Positions 51,204 through 62,242 of a stretch of DNA of 64,000 nt are shown one piece after another (the first letter of the stretch is position 1; each line of letters opens with the position of its first letter). A program made the position numbers and the translations under genes. The notes under the pieces are model-generated. The model was not told the DNA's origin. It did not search any database and saw only the letters and a list, made by a program, of their open reading frames with translations. Source of the stretch: Schmidtea nova (Eukaryota); contig CM097883.1 of the NCBI GenBank assembly GCA_044892505.1, positions 81,592,001 through 81,656,000 of the forward strand, written 5' to 3'.

Positions 51204-51656
51204 ATGATCATCAAAGAACTTAATCTTACTGGTCTTCCGATTCGTTTGGCACATAGATCTAAGACATTAAGGCAAACCCTGTCTAACAACAAGAGAAAAG
51301 AAAATACATGTAAAATGGGAAATTGCCAAACACCGAAGAAAATATGCTTTCGCAAGAACATTGTCTATAGCATCATGTGTAATAAATGCGAAAAAATTTA
51401 CATCAGAAGCACCCTTGGGACTTTGCATCAGAGAATTAAAGAACATCTTGATCCCGGTGGAAAGTCATCTGTATATAGACATCTTCAACAATGTCAGACA
51501 GAAAATGAGGAACAATTAATATCAGTGAGAATATTGACAAGCGAAAATGACAAAAAAAATCTCAGACTTAAAGAAGCAATTCTCATTAGAAACAAACACC
51601 CAAAAATTAACTCTAAAGAGGAAATTAGCGAAATCACCCACTTACTATCTTGTTAA
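51204..51656 (+). mobile_element. 5'-truncated Penelope-like element: GIY-YIG endonuclease tail (element extends to ~52100)
   Basis: C..C...ICFRKNIVYSIMCNKCEKIYIRST...LHQRIKEH...LKEAILIR..P.IN is the PLE GIY-YIG pattern; the RT domain is missing. Confidence 0.88.
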
Positions 51657-52051
51657 AAACATGTGGTTCTATAAAGAAAAAATAAAGAAAAGAAAAAAAT
51701 AAGGAAGAAAAGAGATAGTACAGAGAATACAAGGGCATTTCAAAGAGATATAATTAAATTTAAAAAAAATTCAAATATAAAGATTTGGAAAATTTAAATA
51801 TAAAATACAGACAATAAAAGGAAAAAAGTTTTAAAATTTTAGAAAAGGATAAATTTGTTTATTCGAAAAAATATTTTAGAAAATTCTTTTAAATGTTAGA
51901 GTTTAAATGTTATGTTTAAAACTTTTAACAAAAAATATTTAGAAAACAATTTTAAATTTATATTAATCAGATTATCATCCAATGAAAAGAAAGATAATTC
52001 ACGAGAAAAAAACAGCAGAATGAATGAAGTTACCAGTTATATACCGAATTA

Positions 52052-52090
52052 GAGATTGACGAGGATTATTTTATAATCGAAAGTTTTCTC
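52052..52090 (+). ncRNA. Decayed minimal (type I) hammerhead ribozyme in the PLE 3' tail
   Basis: GAGA-TTGACGA-G-GATTA(TTTTA)TAATC-GAA-AGTT-T-TCTC: stems I and II pair; the core differs from consensus by C-to-T-type changes. Confidence 0.6.
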
Positions 52091-55000
52091 ACTTAATAAA
52101 ATTGCTTTTGCAGCAAAGGCTTATTTTGTTACTTATTAATTTATTTAATCTTAACAATTGAAATACAAAAACAAATCAAATATTCCTTTCAATTGGTATG
52201 TGTTATATTGCACAAATACACAAAATATCATCCATATATTCATTTTCTTCACAAAATCGTGCCCAAATCTATTATCACAACTCAATACGGGGTTTATTGT
52301 CATTGAAAAACACTCGCTATTTACCGATATTCGAAATTAATTCACCTACCCTAAGCGGCTTCTCTTTTTATTATTAATAGGTTTTTAGGTTTTATATATT
52401 TTAATTCAGTGGAAAATTTTCACTTAAGTATGGGTCTCCCTGAAATAAAACAGTAAACTTATTTTATCATTAAATTTAAAAATAATTAAAATTTAACTGG
52501 TACTGAGGCCTTGTAACAGCAACGGTTATATTAACAAAAAACTTGAATTTATCTGACTTTAAGGTTTCCTTGTTAACTAAATGTGAGGGTTTGCTATTTT
52601 TTATTTTATATTATGTGTTGAAGTTTCCCCCGTTCCATTATCCATTGAAATGGGCAAATTTTAGTCATACAAAAATTGATATAGGTGAGCATCCAAATAA
52701 TAAAGAGCTATTATTGGTCAATTTATATTATGGAAATTCAAATCCCATATCATAATTGTCGATTGGTTTTGTTTTTAGATTTTCTTTGGGGAATTCTAAC
52801 AATTTAGCAAGTAATTTATTTTTATTTAATTTACTTCCTGTCCTGTTTAGCCGAGGCACATTTACACCTTCCCTTTGGATATTTCATTTACACTATAACT
52901 GATATATCTTATTATGATGTTATTCACTATCTATCTTTCTGCTTGATAGACACACATGAGCGCAAATGAAAATTTGCAGAATCGCTATAATACCTAGATC
53001 TTTGTCAGGTGATATTCTAGAAAATATCTCATCTATGCTGGAACTTATATTTGGGAATATCTCTGGAAATTTTTCAGAAAGGAAAATTTTTTAAGTTCAT
53101 TTTAATGTTAGAGTACAATTGTTGATCCAAAGGCAATTTCTGGTCAAGGAAATAGGATTTTCAAATTTTTAAGAAAAGGAAATTCTTGTGGAAAATAAAT
53201 CGCTCAGGACTCACAGCTTCGTCTCATTTTGTGGATAGAACGTTTCAGAAAAATAATTATATTTCATGATATTTTTCAAGTAGTTTGACAATTCTGTGAT
53301 AATAATCAAATTTTCGAAAAATAAAAACAAATTTGTGAGTTAGTTTTGTATTTCTCCTTTTGCTTAGGCTTATAACTTATGATAAATAGACTCTTCTATT
53401 ATGATTATGTTGAATAGACGGTCAAAGAATATACAAAACGAAAAGTTTTCTACAAGGTCGTGATTTTGTATGAGGAATCTTATATTAATTTGTAAGTCTT
53501 CGGCTAAGGGTTTGAAACAAATAATTTTCACCAAATTTACGAATAAATTAAATAATCAAACTTTTTCGTAGTAAATTAAGTTCCTAAGACTTTGTAGCTT
53601 AAATATTCATTTTCGGGGAACGGTGACATAGCTTATTGAGTGTTGTTGATCAGAGCGATGCCTCTCACATAATATTACACCAGTTTTCGTTCGATAAAAG
53701 TATATCTATAATATAAAAAATAAATAACCAATAGAAAATGATAACTTACGTTGATGTTAACAGTTGATTTTACGTCGTTTAAAAGTTTTAGTATGTGGTA
53801 GACAATCTATGAGAAAAAATAAATTATGCACACAAACACAACACACAATGAAAATTGCATGCAAACTTTTAAGGGTACATTTTTTACGCGTTTAAAAGTC
53901 CTATAATTAATTTATTTATTTTTAAAATATGATTTTTAGGTAAATTTTTGGAATATTTTCTAAGGGAGTTGTCTAGAAAATGGATAAATAACATCGTAAG
54001 TTTTATTTTAATATAAAATTTCATATATTTACAAAATTTATATGACAAAATTTTCCTTTTTTTCAGTAGCCAAAAAATAATTTCGTCTAATTATTTTCAA
54101 ATTATAGACAATTAAGCATATTTACTCTGCAATTTGGATCATTTTGAAGTCTCATATAATACAGGACGATAAAATTTGGCAATTCTTGAAATAAAAAATT
54201 AAGCTTAATTAAATTATTTCTTGGAATATCCAAAAAATATTTCAAAATTAGAAATAATTATAATAATTATTAATTAAAAATGATTTTTTAACTTACGTTA
54301 AATGAAAATAATTCCCAAAAAAATGTTAAAAAAATCATGATTTCCTAGAAAGTATTTAATAATAAATAAAAATAAGTGAAGAACAAATATAATGGAATTT
54401 CATTAATAAACTATTGTTAAAAAATATTTTTACTCACGTTTAATGTAAAATACTTCCAAAAAACTTCATAAAAAATCATATTTTCCTAAAAGCTAATAAA
54501 TATAAAATAAAATAATATTGAAGAATATAGATAAATTTTCAAAGCTTCTATAGTGATCTTATATCATTGTAAAATCAAAACAGAAACCTTAAAATATATC
54601 TAAATAAATAAAATTACCTGATAGCCATTTTTAAAAAATGGCTAAATGAAAAATAAATAGCTAAATAAAAATGTAACACAAAAAATTAAACAAAGTAACT
54701 ATGAGTAACAAGTAGATGTACACACCTACTTGTATCATAGTTACTTTTAATCAACAAAAACTGGTGTATAATGAATGGTATAATGATAAAATTAATAGCA
54801 TGAAATAATACAATCATAATCTATTAACAGAACAGTAAGTACAATAGCACAGAAATTTCATAAAATGTTCTAAGTTGCAAAATAATTTGTGTATGGGATG
54901 TTATGTACTGCAATTAAGGTGATATAATGTTGTGGGATGTTGTGAGCTGCGAGCAATGTATTTTATCGGATTTTGTAAACTGCAAATTAACTAAATAAAG

Positions 55001-56978
55001 TTTTAATAGATTTAATAGTACATATTTTAGAGTATTAGCTCTCTGTAAGTGATGTTGTTGAGTGAAAAATTTCTTTTCTCTAACTGGTGTGATTGAAAGG
55101 TAAAATTTTTTAAGTGATGGGCTTGGCCGATGGATGTTTGCGAAAGAATGAAATCGTTTTGGATATATGGAGTGTTATTGTATGAAACGATGATTCTCTT
55201 TGCTGCAAGAAGGGTGTAAAATTTTACTTTTATGATTAGTGAATTAGATATTATGGGCGTTGAGGAATGGATTTTTGTACAGATTCTCTGGATGCAGCAT
55301 GCTGTGTATGCGATGTAATGAGTGAAACGATATAATTAAAGTGCATTTATAGATGAAAGAATTTTTATGCGAGGTATTAGGTGTAGATCAGTGATTCCCA
55401 AACTTATTTGACCTACCGCCCCCTTTCCAGAAAAATTATTACCCAGCGCCCCCTGGATTTTTTTTATTTTAATAGCAATTAATAAGGGATATAAATATTA
55501 TTGTATTGGTGATAAGAGGAATTAACAAGTAAGAAACCAATTTTTTCCCCGAAACGTTTGATGATTTATTTATTAAAATAATGATCATTATCAAAATTAG
55601 TCTTTTACTCGTTAATTTCTTCAGTCTTCACATTCTATGCAAGACTGTTAAATTATTTTACATCATTTTTGTATGTACGTTTTTCGTAAAATATAGTAAA
55701 GAAAGTTGTAAATTAAGAACATTGAAGTTTGAAATTATGAAACTGTTTATTAAATTCAGAATAAAGACGATACAAAAAAGTATCTTAATTTTAATGTGAA
55801 GGATAAACCTGGTGTGCTGCTACCAATTTAGCAATTTTCGGTTCTATCTTCGTCAGCAGTAATCTTAAATCACCGCGATCGACTATTTGCAATCGGTTTC
55901 TTTTTTTTGTTAATAAATTGGTTACAGCACTGAATCCACGTTCCACTAAGTATGATGACGGAAATGCAATCAACAATTTTTGAATGACAGCCCAAATTTG
56001 TGGATAAGCCGTATGATCTCTTTTTGCAGCCAGAATTGTTGGTAGCCACTTTTGAATTTAAATTTCAATTCATCATTTGTAGCTACTTCCATCAATTCTT
56101 CTTGTAACTGTGGAGAATCTTCTGTATTTGCACTTAAAAAAGGATCAAAAATCCAATCAGGTATATTCATTTTTAATATATCATCAAATTGTTTATTAAA
56201 ATCTGAATGGAGTGCATCCAAGTGCTCACAATAAGAAAGTATGTCGCCATCTTTTTTTCTGTTCCTGATAAATTTGGAAACTGGCTGAATTCCCCTCGTC
56301 CGAAATTTCGCTTGTACACAAGAAGTTTTGTCATAAATGCAGAAAGAACAGATTTTGTTTTTATTAAATTCAATTCATCACCTTGAAGTTGAAGATTGCT
56401 TTCATTAAATTTTTGAAACAAATCGGACAAGTAAGCGATGTCATTTTTGGATTGAATTAGTTTGGATCGCAAATCCTCATTTATATCTTTCAAGAACTAC
56501 AGCACCGAGTTAAATAGCTTGTAAAACCTATCTAAACAGGCACCCTTTGACAACCATCGAATTTCTGTATGAAGAAGCAAACGATTAAATTCTTCATCGT
56601 TTTCAATACAAAGCTGCCTAAATAATCTATCATTCAATGATCTGCTTTTGATTGTGTTGATAGCTTTAAATACATATTGTAATGAATTATGTAGGCGTGC
56701 ACTTAAATTTTGGGCAACAAGATGTTGGCGATGAATGACACTATGTACTGTGAATGCATTCGGTACCTCGTTTTTTAATTATGCAAGAAAACCCTTGTAG
56801 TGCCCTACCATCGCCGGAGCACCATCTGTGGCTATTGATAAAATATTACTCAGAGGTATTCCTTTTTCTTTAAAAAACTCATCTAATGCAAGAAATATCG
56901 ATTCTCCCTTCGTGTCAGTTGCAAATATTTAGCAAATAATAATTCTTGGCAAATTTCTTCTTCCTTTATGAACCGCAC

Positions 56979-57766
56979 TGTGGTGATATAATTAATATGT
57001 AAATAAATATTACATTTATAATATTCATAAAATTTATAATATTTATATTTATATTAAATATATATTTTATTATTAAAAAAGAGAAAAACTTTTGTTTGTA
57101 TTATGTAAATATTTGAAAAATAAACGACATCTTAATTTTGTTAATTTAGTTAATTTGTTAATGTATCTAATCATCTTTTATGTTTTCCCTAAATGATTAT
57201 AAAGTATTTTGTGAAGATAACAACCTTAACAATAAAGTGGAAAAATGCAATGATAATCATGAATTAAATCTCGACAATATTAATAGAGACATAAAATACG
57301 GCATTTTGCCAAGTCTTCTTCTAAATTTCGAATTTCATACTGCAATGCGAGTTAAAGTTGCGAGCTTTGATAAATTTGAACCAATAACTGAAGATATCCT
57401 TCCAAGGGAAACTTGCTCAAAAATTACTGATTTGGAATTCATTTGCAAAGATTCCTTATTTAAAGCATTAATTCATGCAAATGTTACAATGGCTGAAATG
57501 GATCTAATGAATGATGGACAGACCGATATGTTGAGCAGCCATGCAGAGTTTATCAGCAATTTAACGAGAGGTGCGATAATTATAACAACAGCAGTAGTTC
57601 ATGCCTAAGCACAGATACCTTACTCAATGAGATCACACAAAGGGTACTTAGAAAAACTCAATGTCCAACTGTTGGGCAAATAATATACTCCCTAGCGATA
57701 CATGGTCGGACTAACGAGGGAAGAATCGAGGCAAACAATATAATGATGGTAAAAGTCAATACCACA
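56979..57766. mobile_element. Solo-LTR-like insertion (788 bp, 5-bp TSD) carrying an unknown ORF
   Basis: TGTGGT...ACCACA termini; exact TSD CGCAC (56974-56978, 57767-57771); splits the transposase at AYVR|F. Confidence 0.85.
57180..57608 (+). CDS. Hypothetical protein (142 aa) inside the solo-LTR-like insertion
   Basis: Open frame in AT-rich DNA; an overlapping second frame stays open from ~57513 to the element end. No recognised family. Confidence 0.4.
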   Translation: MFSLNDYKVFCEDNNLNNKVEKCNDNHELNLDNINRDIKYGILPSLLLNFEFHTAMRVKVASFDKFEPITEDILPRETCSKITDLEFICKDSLFKALIHANVTMAEMDLMNDGQTDMLSSHAEFISNLTRGAIIITTAVVHA

Positions 57767-58791
57767 CGCACGTATGCTAAAAGCAAAGCTTCGTCTCCTG
57801 GCAAAGTTGATTCGTCAAGCTGAATAGAAAACCGAGATGTTTTTAAATAGCCACACAATGAATCTTCAACATCTTGTGCCATTTCATCAATTCTTCTTTG
57901 CACTGTATTATTGCTCAAAGAAATTTTCTTGATAATATCAAATGCTGGCTTGTGTAACACAGTACGCATTACTTCACTTATAGCCGGTATTATTAGTTCT
58001 TTACCAATAGTATGAGGTTTTCCCGATTTGGCAATCATTAGTGAAATATTATAAGAAGCAAGCAAGCCATCGCCATCTTGTGAGGTTGCGGTTGAAAAGA
58101 GTTTTGCCACTGTCGGTTGTTGGCTAAATCTTTCTTTTAGTCTACAAAAATAACTTAAATCCTTATCTTTTTTATCACCATGAATTTCAGTCAAATGTAG
58201 TCTAGAAGGCTTCATAGCTTCGTTTGATAATATTTTCTGGCAAATCAGACACATTGGCAATGTAATATTTACAGGCGACTCAATAAAGCCATATTTCAAA
58301 TATTCGATATAATATTGTCTACTTTTTTTCTTTCGTTCAGCCATTATTATCTGTAAAAACAATAAAACTTTTATGCAGGTATTTAATGAAATATTAATAA
58401 ACATGATATCATTAATTGTGAAGCACATATAATTTTAACAAAGAAATAATATTACTCACCAATTATAGTCGCACTATTTATTACTTATTTTTAACACATA
58501 TCAATCACACTGACTTACGTGACAGCAACAGTAAGAATTTGAGGTTATGTTGCATTCTTCTTCTTCTTCCAATTTATTGGAATTGGGTGGTAAGGTTATG
58601 TTTCATGTTGATATATTTTAAACTACTTCTTCTTGTTTCAAAGTTGCGATATCTTCTTTCATATATAAATTTATGAAAATAATATTTACTTTACAATTTT
58701 ACATTTTATAATTTAGTCATCTAGTCTTCAAATGCAACAGGTATTTTTTACGTATTAAATTTTTCTGTTTTGTTTTATATTATTATTACTA

Positions 58792-58850
<59 letters not shown>

Positions 58851-58919
58851 CATAATTATCTTTTTTCACCTTTGATCTTTTTTTATTATTATTATCAATA
58901 ATTCTCATAATGACTATAG

Positions 58920-59042
58920 ATCAAATTTTTTTTATAAACAATAACACAATATTTCGGCACAGCCTTTATCAAGTGTGTAAATACACACTTGATAAAGGCT
59001 GTGCTGAAATATTGTGTTATTGTTTATAAAAAAAAATTTGAT
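58920..59042. repeat. 123-bp fold-back palindrome (~60-bp arms, 2-nt loop)
   Basis: Arms 58920-58979 and 58982-59042 are reverse complements except for one G-T mismatch and one extra A. Confidence 0.97.
58985..59017 (+). ncRNA. Penelope-type minimal hammerhead ribozyme motif (U3-A8 variant); mirror copy on the minus strand at 58944-58976
   Basis: ACAC-TTGATAA-A-GGC(TGT)GCT-GAA-ATAT-T-GTGT: stem I ACAC/GTGT, stem II, palindromic ATAT in place of stem III. The minus-strand copy has a perfect GGC/GCC stem II. Confidence 0.65.
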
Positions 59043-59054
59043 AATAATTATATA

Positions 59055-59197
59055 TGTTAAGTTTATCAAAAGAGATAGACATAATTTGAATTTTTATTTA
59101 TTACAATTATCTACTTATATAAACAAATTTTACTTGTTTATATATATTTTAAATAAGTTTGGAATTAATTAACAAAATGAGTTAATTAAATCCAACA
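59055..59197 (-). repeat. 3' LTR (143 bp); PPT GAGGGGAG at 59201-59208
   Basis: TG...CA ends; identical by eye to 62910-63052. Confidence 0.96.
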
Positions 59198-59242
59198 TAA
59201 CTCCCCTCAAAGATTGGGTTCCGGCTCTATTGTTGCTCGCAG

Positions 59243-62242
59243 TCAATCAGCAGACACGATTTTATTTTTGTCGTTTATTGATATTTTGAATGTCTTGAGG
59301 TCTGGCGATCTTTCCACTACTTTAAACGGACCATCATATGGAAGATCGAGCCCTTTGGTGATTGGCTTCTGTAACCACACCCTGGTGCATGTGGCCAGTT
59401 CTTTCTGTATGAAACTGTTTTGTTTTGAATCTATCTTCTTTTCTTTTGGTATGGGATTGTAGATGGTTGGGATATTGGATTCTTCTTCGTCAACTTCTGA
59501 TGTTATGATCGATAAATCGCCAGGTAATCTGAGTTTCGTTCCAAACACGAGTTCAGCTGGTGATGGTGAGTTATCTGAGGTGCAACAGCTGCGTAAACCT
59601 AGTAGTACTGTCGGGAGATCATGAGCCCACGTTTTATTTGCGTCTGCCGCATGAGCCTTGAGCGAGTTCTTGAGACTTCTATGCCATCTTTCTACCTTCC
59701 CATTGCATTGTGGATGGTATGCTGTGGTTCGTCTATGTTCAATGCCCATATTTCTGCAAAAATTGTTAAATAAAGTAGATTCAAATTGCAACCCTTGATC
59801 ACTGATGATAACTTCAGGTACACCGTATCTACTTATCCATTCTCTATTCAGTATTGTTACCACGTTAGAACTTGAGATTTCGTTAATTGGAATGGCTTCC
59901 CCCCACGACGTTGATCTATCAATCATTGTAAGCATGAATCTCTTATTGCTTACTGGGGGTAATGGTCCTACGAGATCAATGTGAATGGTTTTGAATCGCC
60001 CAGTTGTTGGAATATCCATGAGAGGGGTCTTAGTATGACGGCTTATCTTTGATTGTTGACATTTCTGACACTGACGATTCCAAGTTCTAATATCAGATCG
60101 CATTTTTGGCCAAACATATCTTGATGCTAATAATCGCATCATTGGTTTGTAACCAGGATGTGAGATGTTGTGTAGCCTTTGAAATTCCTGGAATCTGAGT
60201 GATGTAGGAAGGATGATTCTCGGCTTCCCCAGACTGATATCTACAAGGATACCATCTTTAGATTCACATAGATCCAGTGAAGTCATCTTTAGGTTTGCTA
60301 ATAACTTGTCGGACTTTTGTTCTGTTAGGAGCTTTGCATTATCAAAGGTATTGATTGCTTCAATCTGGATCATGTCTATCTCCATAGAATGTTGTCTTGA
60401 TAGAAGGTCAGCAGTTGCATTCTCTTTACCTTTAATATATTCGATCTTGAAGGTAAACTGAGAGAGATGTTCAATGATTCTCCATTGTCTTGTAGATGGC
60501 TCTTTCATCGACATTATGTGAATGAGTGGCTTGTGGTCAGTATTTATTGTGAATGAAGAGGCTAGGAGATAGTGTTTGAAGTGTTTCGTTGCAAGTTGTA
60601 TTGCCAGAAGTTCCCTGTCAAATGTCGAATATTTTATTTCGGATTTGGATAGCTTCTGAGAATAAAATGCGATTGGTATTAAACGATTTTCTGTATCTGT
60701 TTGATTTAGGCTTGCTCCAACGGCTACTGATGATGCATCCGTGCATAGTGTGAATGGCCTGGATGGGTCTGGATATCCAGTAGGCACTGCTCTGCATAGG
60801 GCTGCTTTAGCTTGTTCAAATGCTCTATCATGGATTTCGTTCCAAATGAACTTTTTCTTGTTTCCTGAAGCTATTGTTATTAAATCATGCAATGGAGCCA
60901 AAATATCAGATAAATGTGGAGTCAACCAGTGGTAATATCCGATGGCGCCAATGAAGCTTCTTAGCATACGTACACATTTTGGTTTTTCTATTTTAAGAAT
61001 GTTTGAAGTCTTTTCTTGAAATGCTCTTACTCCATTTTTGTCCAATTCGAATCCTAGAAATTGGATCCTTTCTTTACTGAATTCGCATTTGCTAATGTTG
61101 ACTTTGAGACCGGCTGCATAAAGGTTTTTCAGAACTGTTCTGACGTGAGATTTATGGTTCTCCAGGCTGTCTGAAAATATTAGAACATCATCTACATAAG
61201 CGACACAGAATGATTGCAAGTCTCTGAGAATGTTATCTATGTATCGTTGGAATGTCTGAGATGCATTCCTTAAGCCAAATGGCATCGTATTATATTGGAA
61301 TAATCCAAATGGGGTTATCACTGCAGTTTTGTCTCTGTCTTCTTCCGCAATCGGTATCTGGTGATAGGCTTTGATCATGTCTAATTTGGTGAAGTATTTG
61401 CTCCCAATCAGGCCATCAAGAATATCCTGGATTCTGGGAAGAGGATATTTATCTGGAATTGTGAGATTGTTGAGGAGTCTGTAGTCACCACAGGGTCTCC
61501 ACGTTCCATCATGTTTTTTTACGACAACTAAAGGTGAGGCCCAACTACTTTTGCTTACTTGAATGACATTTTCTTTTAGTAATCGATCAAATTCAGCTTT
61601 GGTTGCTCTTAGTCGTTCTCCAAAAAGCTTACGAGACTTTTGAGATATTGCTTCTCCTTTTGTTATTATTTGCAATTGAACATCTGGTTTGGTGCTGATT
61701 ATTGGCTTTTTTGGGTCAAAGATAATGTCATCATATTCACAAAATATACTATTCATCTTTGATACTTTTTGATAGCCTTTTGCGTATTCTGAAGTATTGA
61801 TGTTGGAAATTTGCCTGTTCTTGCAACTGACATTCAGATCAAAGTGCGCCAAAAAGTCTGCTCCTATTATTGGTCTGCTGAGATTTGCTACGGCAAATAT
61901 CCATTTGAATGGTTTTTGAAAGCCTTCAAATTTTAGCGATATTTCTCTGTCACCATAATACTCGATGATGGAGTTGTTGGCGCTGATTAATGTTCGCTTT
62001 CTGTCAAGTGATAGATTCGGTTCAAACAGTTTTGATGGCAATACGCTGGCATCGGCACCCGAATCTATGAGAAAGTCAACGCTGTGGTTGTTGGAGACAA
62101 TTGCCGGTACGGTGAAAGTTTGATTTTGCTTCGGATTGTAGGCTGATGTGATCTCAAAGGTTCCAGGTACCGAATTTACTGGAACCTTCTCTCGTTTCCC
62201 TGCTTCTGATTCTTTTGTTCCCATGAGCAGGGGGGTTGACAT
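59243..62242 (-). CDS. Gypsy Pol (protease, RT, RNase H, integrase), probably expressed by -1 frameshift from gag
   Basis: FLIDSGAD; WRPCGDYRLLN; YVDDVLI; LCTDASS; H..SHPG...C..C; DLVGP, SDQG, KVERWH; GPF motif. Confidence 0.96.
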   Translation of the reverse strand: MSTPLLMGTKESEAGKREKVPVNSVPGTFEITSAYNPKQNQTFTVPAIVSNNHSVDFLIDSGADASVLPSKLFEPNLSLDRKRTLISANNSIIEYYGDREISLKFEGFQKPFKWIFAVANLSRPIIGADFLAHFDLNVSCKNRQISNINTSEYAKGYQKVSKMNSIFCEYDDIIFDPKKPIISTKPDVQLQIITKGEAISQKSRKLFGERLRATKAEFDRLLKENVIQVSKSSWASPLVVVKKHDGTWRPCGDYRLLNNLTIPDKYPLPRIQDILDGLIGSKYFTKLDMIKAYHQIPIAEEDRDKTAVITPFGLFQYNTMPFGLRNASQTFQRYIDNILRDLQSFCVAYVDDVLIFSDSLENHKSHVRTVLKNLYAAGLKVNISKCEFSKERIQFLGFELDKNGVRAFQEKTSNILKIEKPKCVRMLRSFIGAIGYYHWLTPHLSDILAPLHDLITIASGNKKKFIWNEIHDRAFEQAKAALCRAVPTGYPDPSRPFTLCTDASSVAVGASLNQTDTENRLIPIAFYSQKLSKSEIKYSTFDRELLAIQLATKHFKHYLLASSFTINTDHKPLIHIMSMKEPSTRQWRIIEHLSQFTFKIEYIKGKENATADLLSRQHSMEIDMIQIEAINTFDNAKLLTEQKSDKLLANLKMTSLDLCESKDGILVDISLGKPRIILPTSLRFQEFQRLHNISHPGYKPMMRLLASRYVWPKMRSDIRTWNRQCQKCQQSKISRHTKTPLMDIPTTGRFKTIHIDLVGPLPPVSNKRFMLTMIDRSTSWGEAIPINEISSSNVVTILNREWISRYGVPEVIISDQGLQFESTLFNNFCRNMGIEHRRTTAYHPQCNGKVERWHRSLKNSLKAHAADANKTWAHDLPTVLLGLRSCCTSDNSPSPAELVFGTKLRLPGDLSIITSEVDEEESNIPTIYNPIPKEKKIDSKQNSFIQKELATCTRVWLQKPITKGLDLPYDGPFKVVERSPDLKTFKISINDKNKIVSAD

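Larger units (their letters stand above)
55791..58344 (-). pseudogene. Buster-type transposase, interrupted at 56979-57766, with further stops and frameshifts
   Basis: PMCLICQKILSNEAMKPSRL, SLSNNTVQRRIDEM, FSIQLDEST, ATDGAPAM, TEIRWLSKG, FPSSYLVERGFS. Confidence 0.92.

Noticed and set aside
49600-53500. Coding-like stretches at 49.6-50.6 and 52.4-53.5 kb
   Set aside because: Only a chance-level KDLGI word; no sustained frame or domain.
54850-55388. Possible 3' fragment of a LINE reverse transcriptase (minus strand)
   Set aside because: Strand bias and a PYIQNDFI word are suggestive, but no core RT motif is visible.
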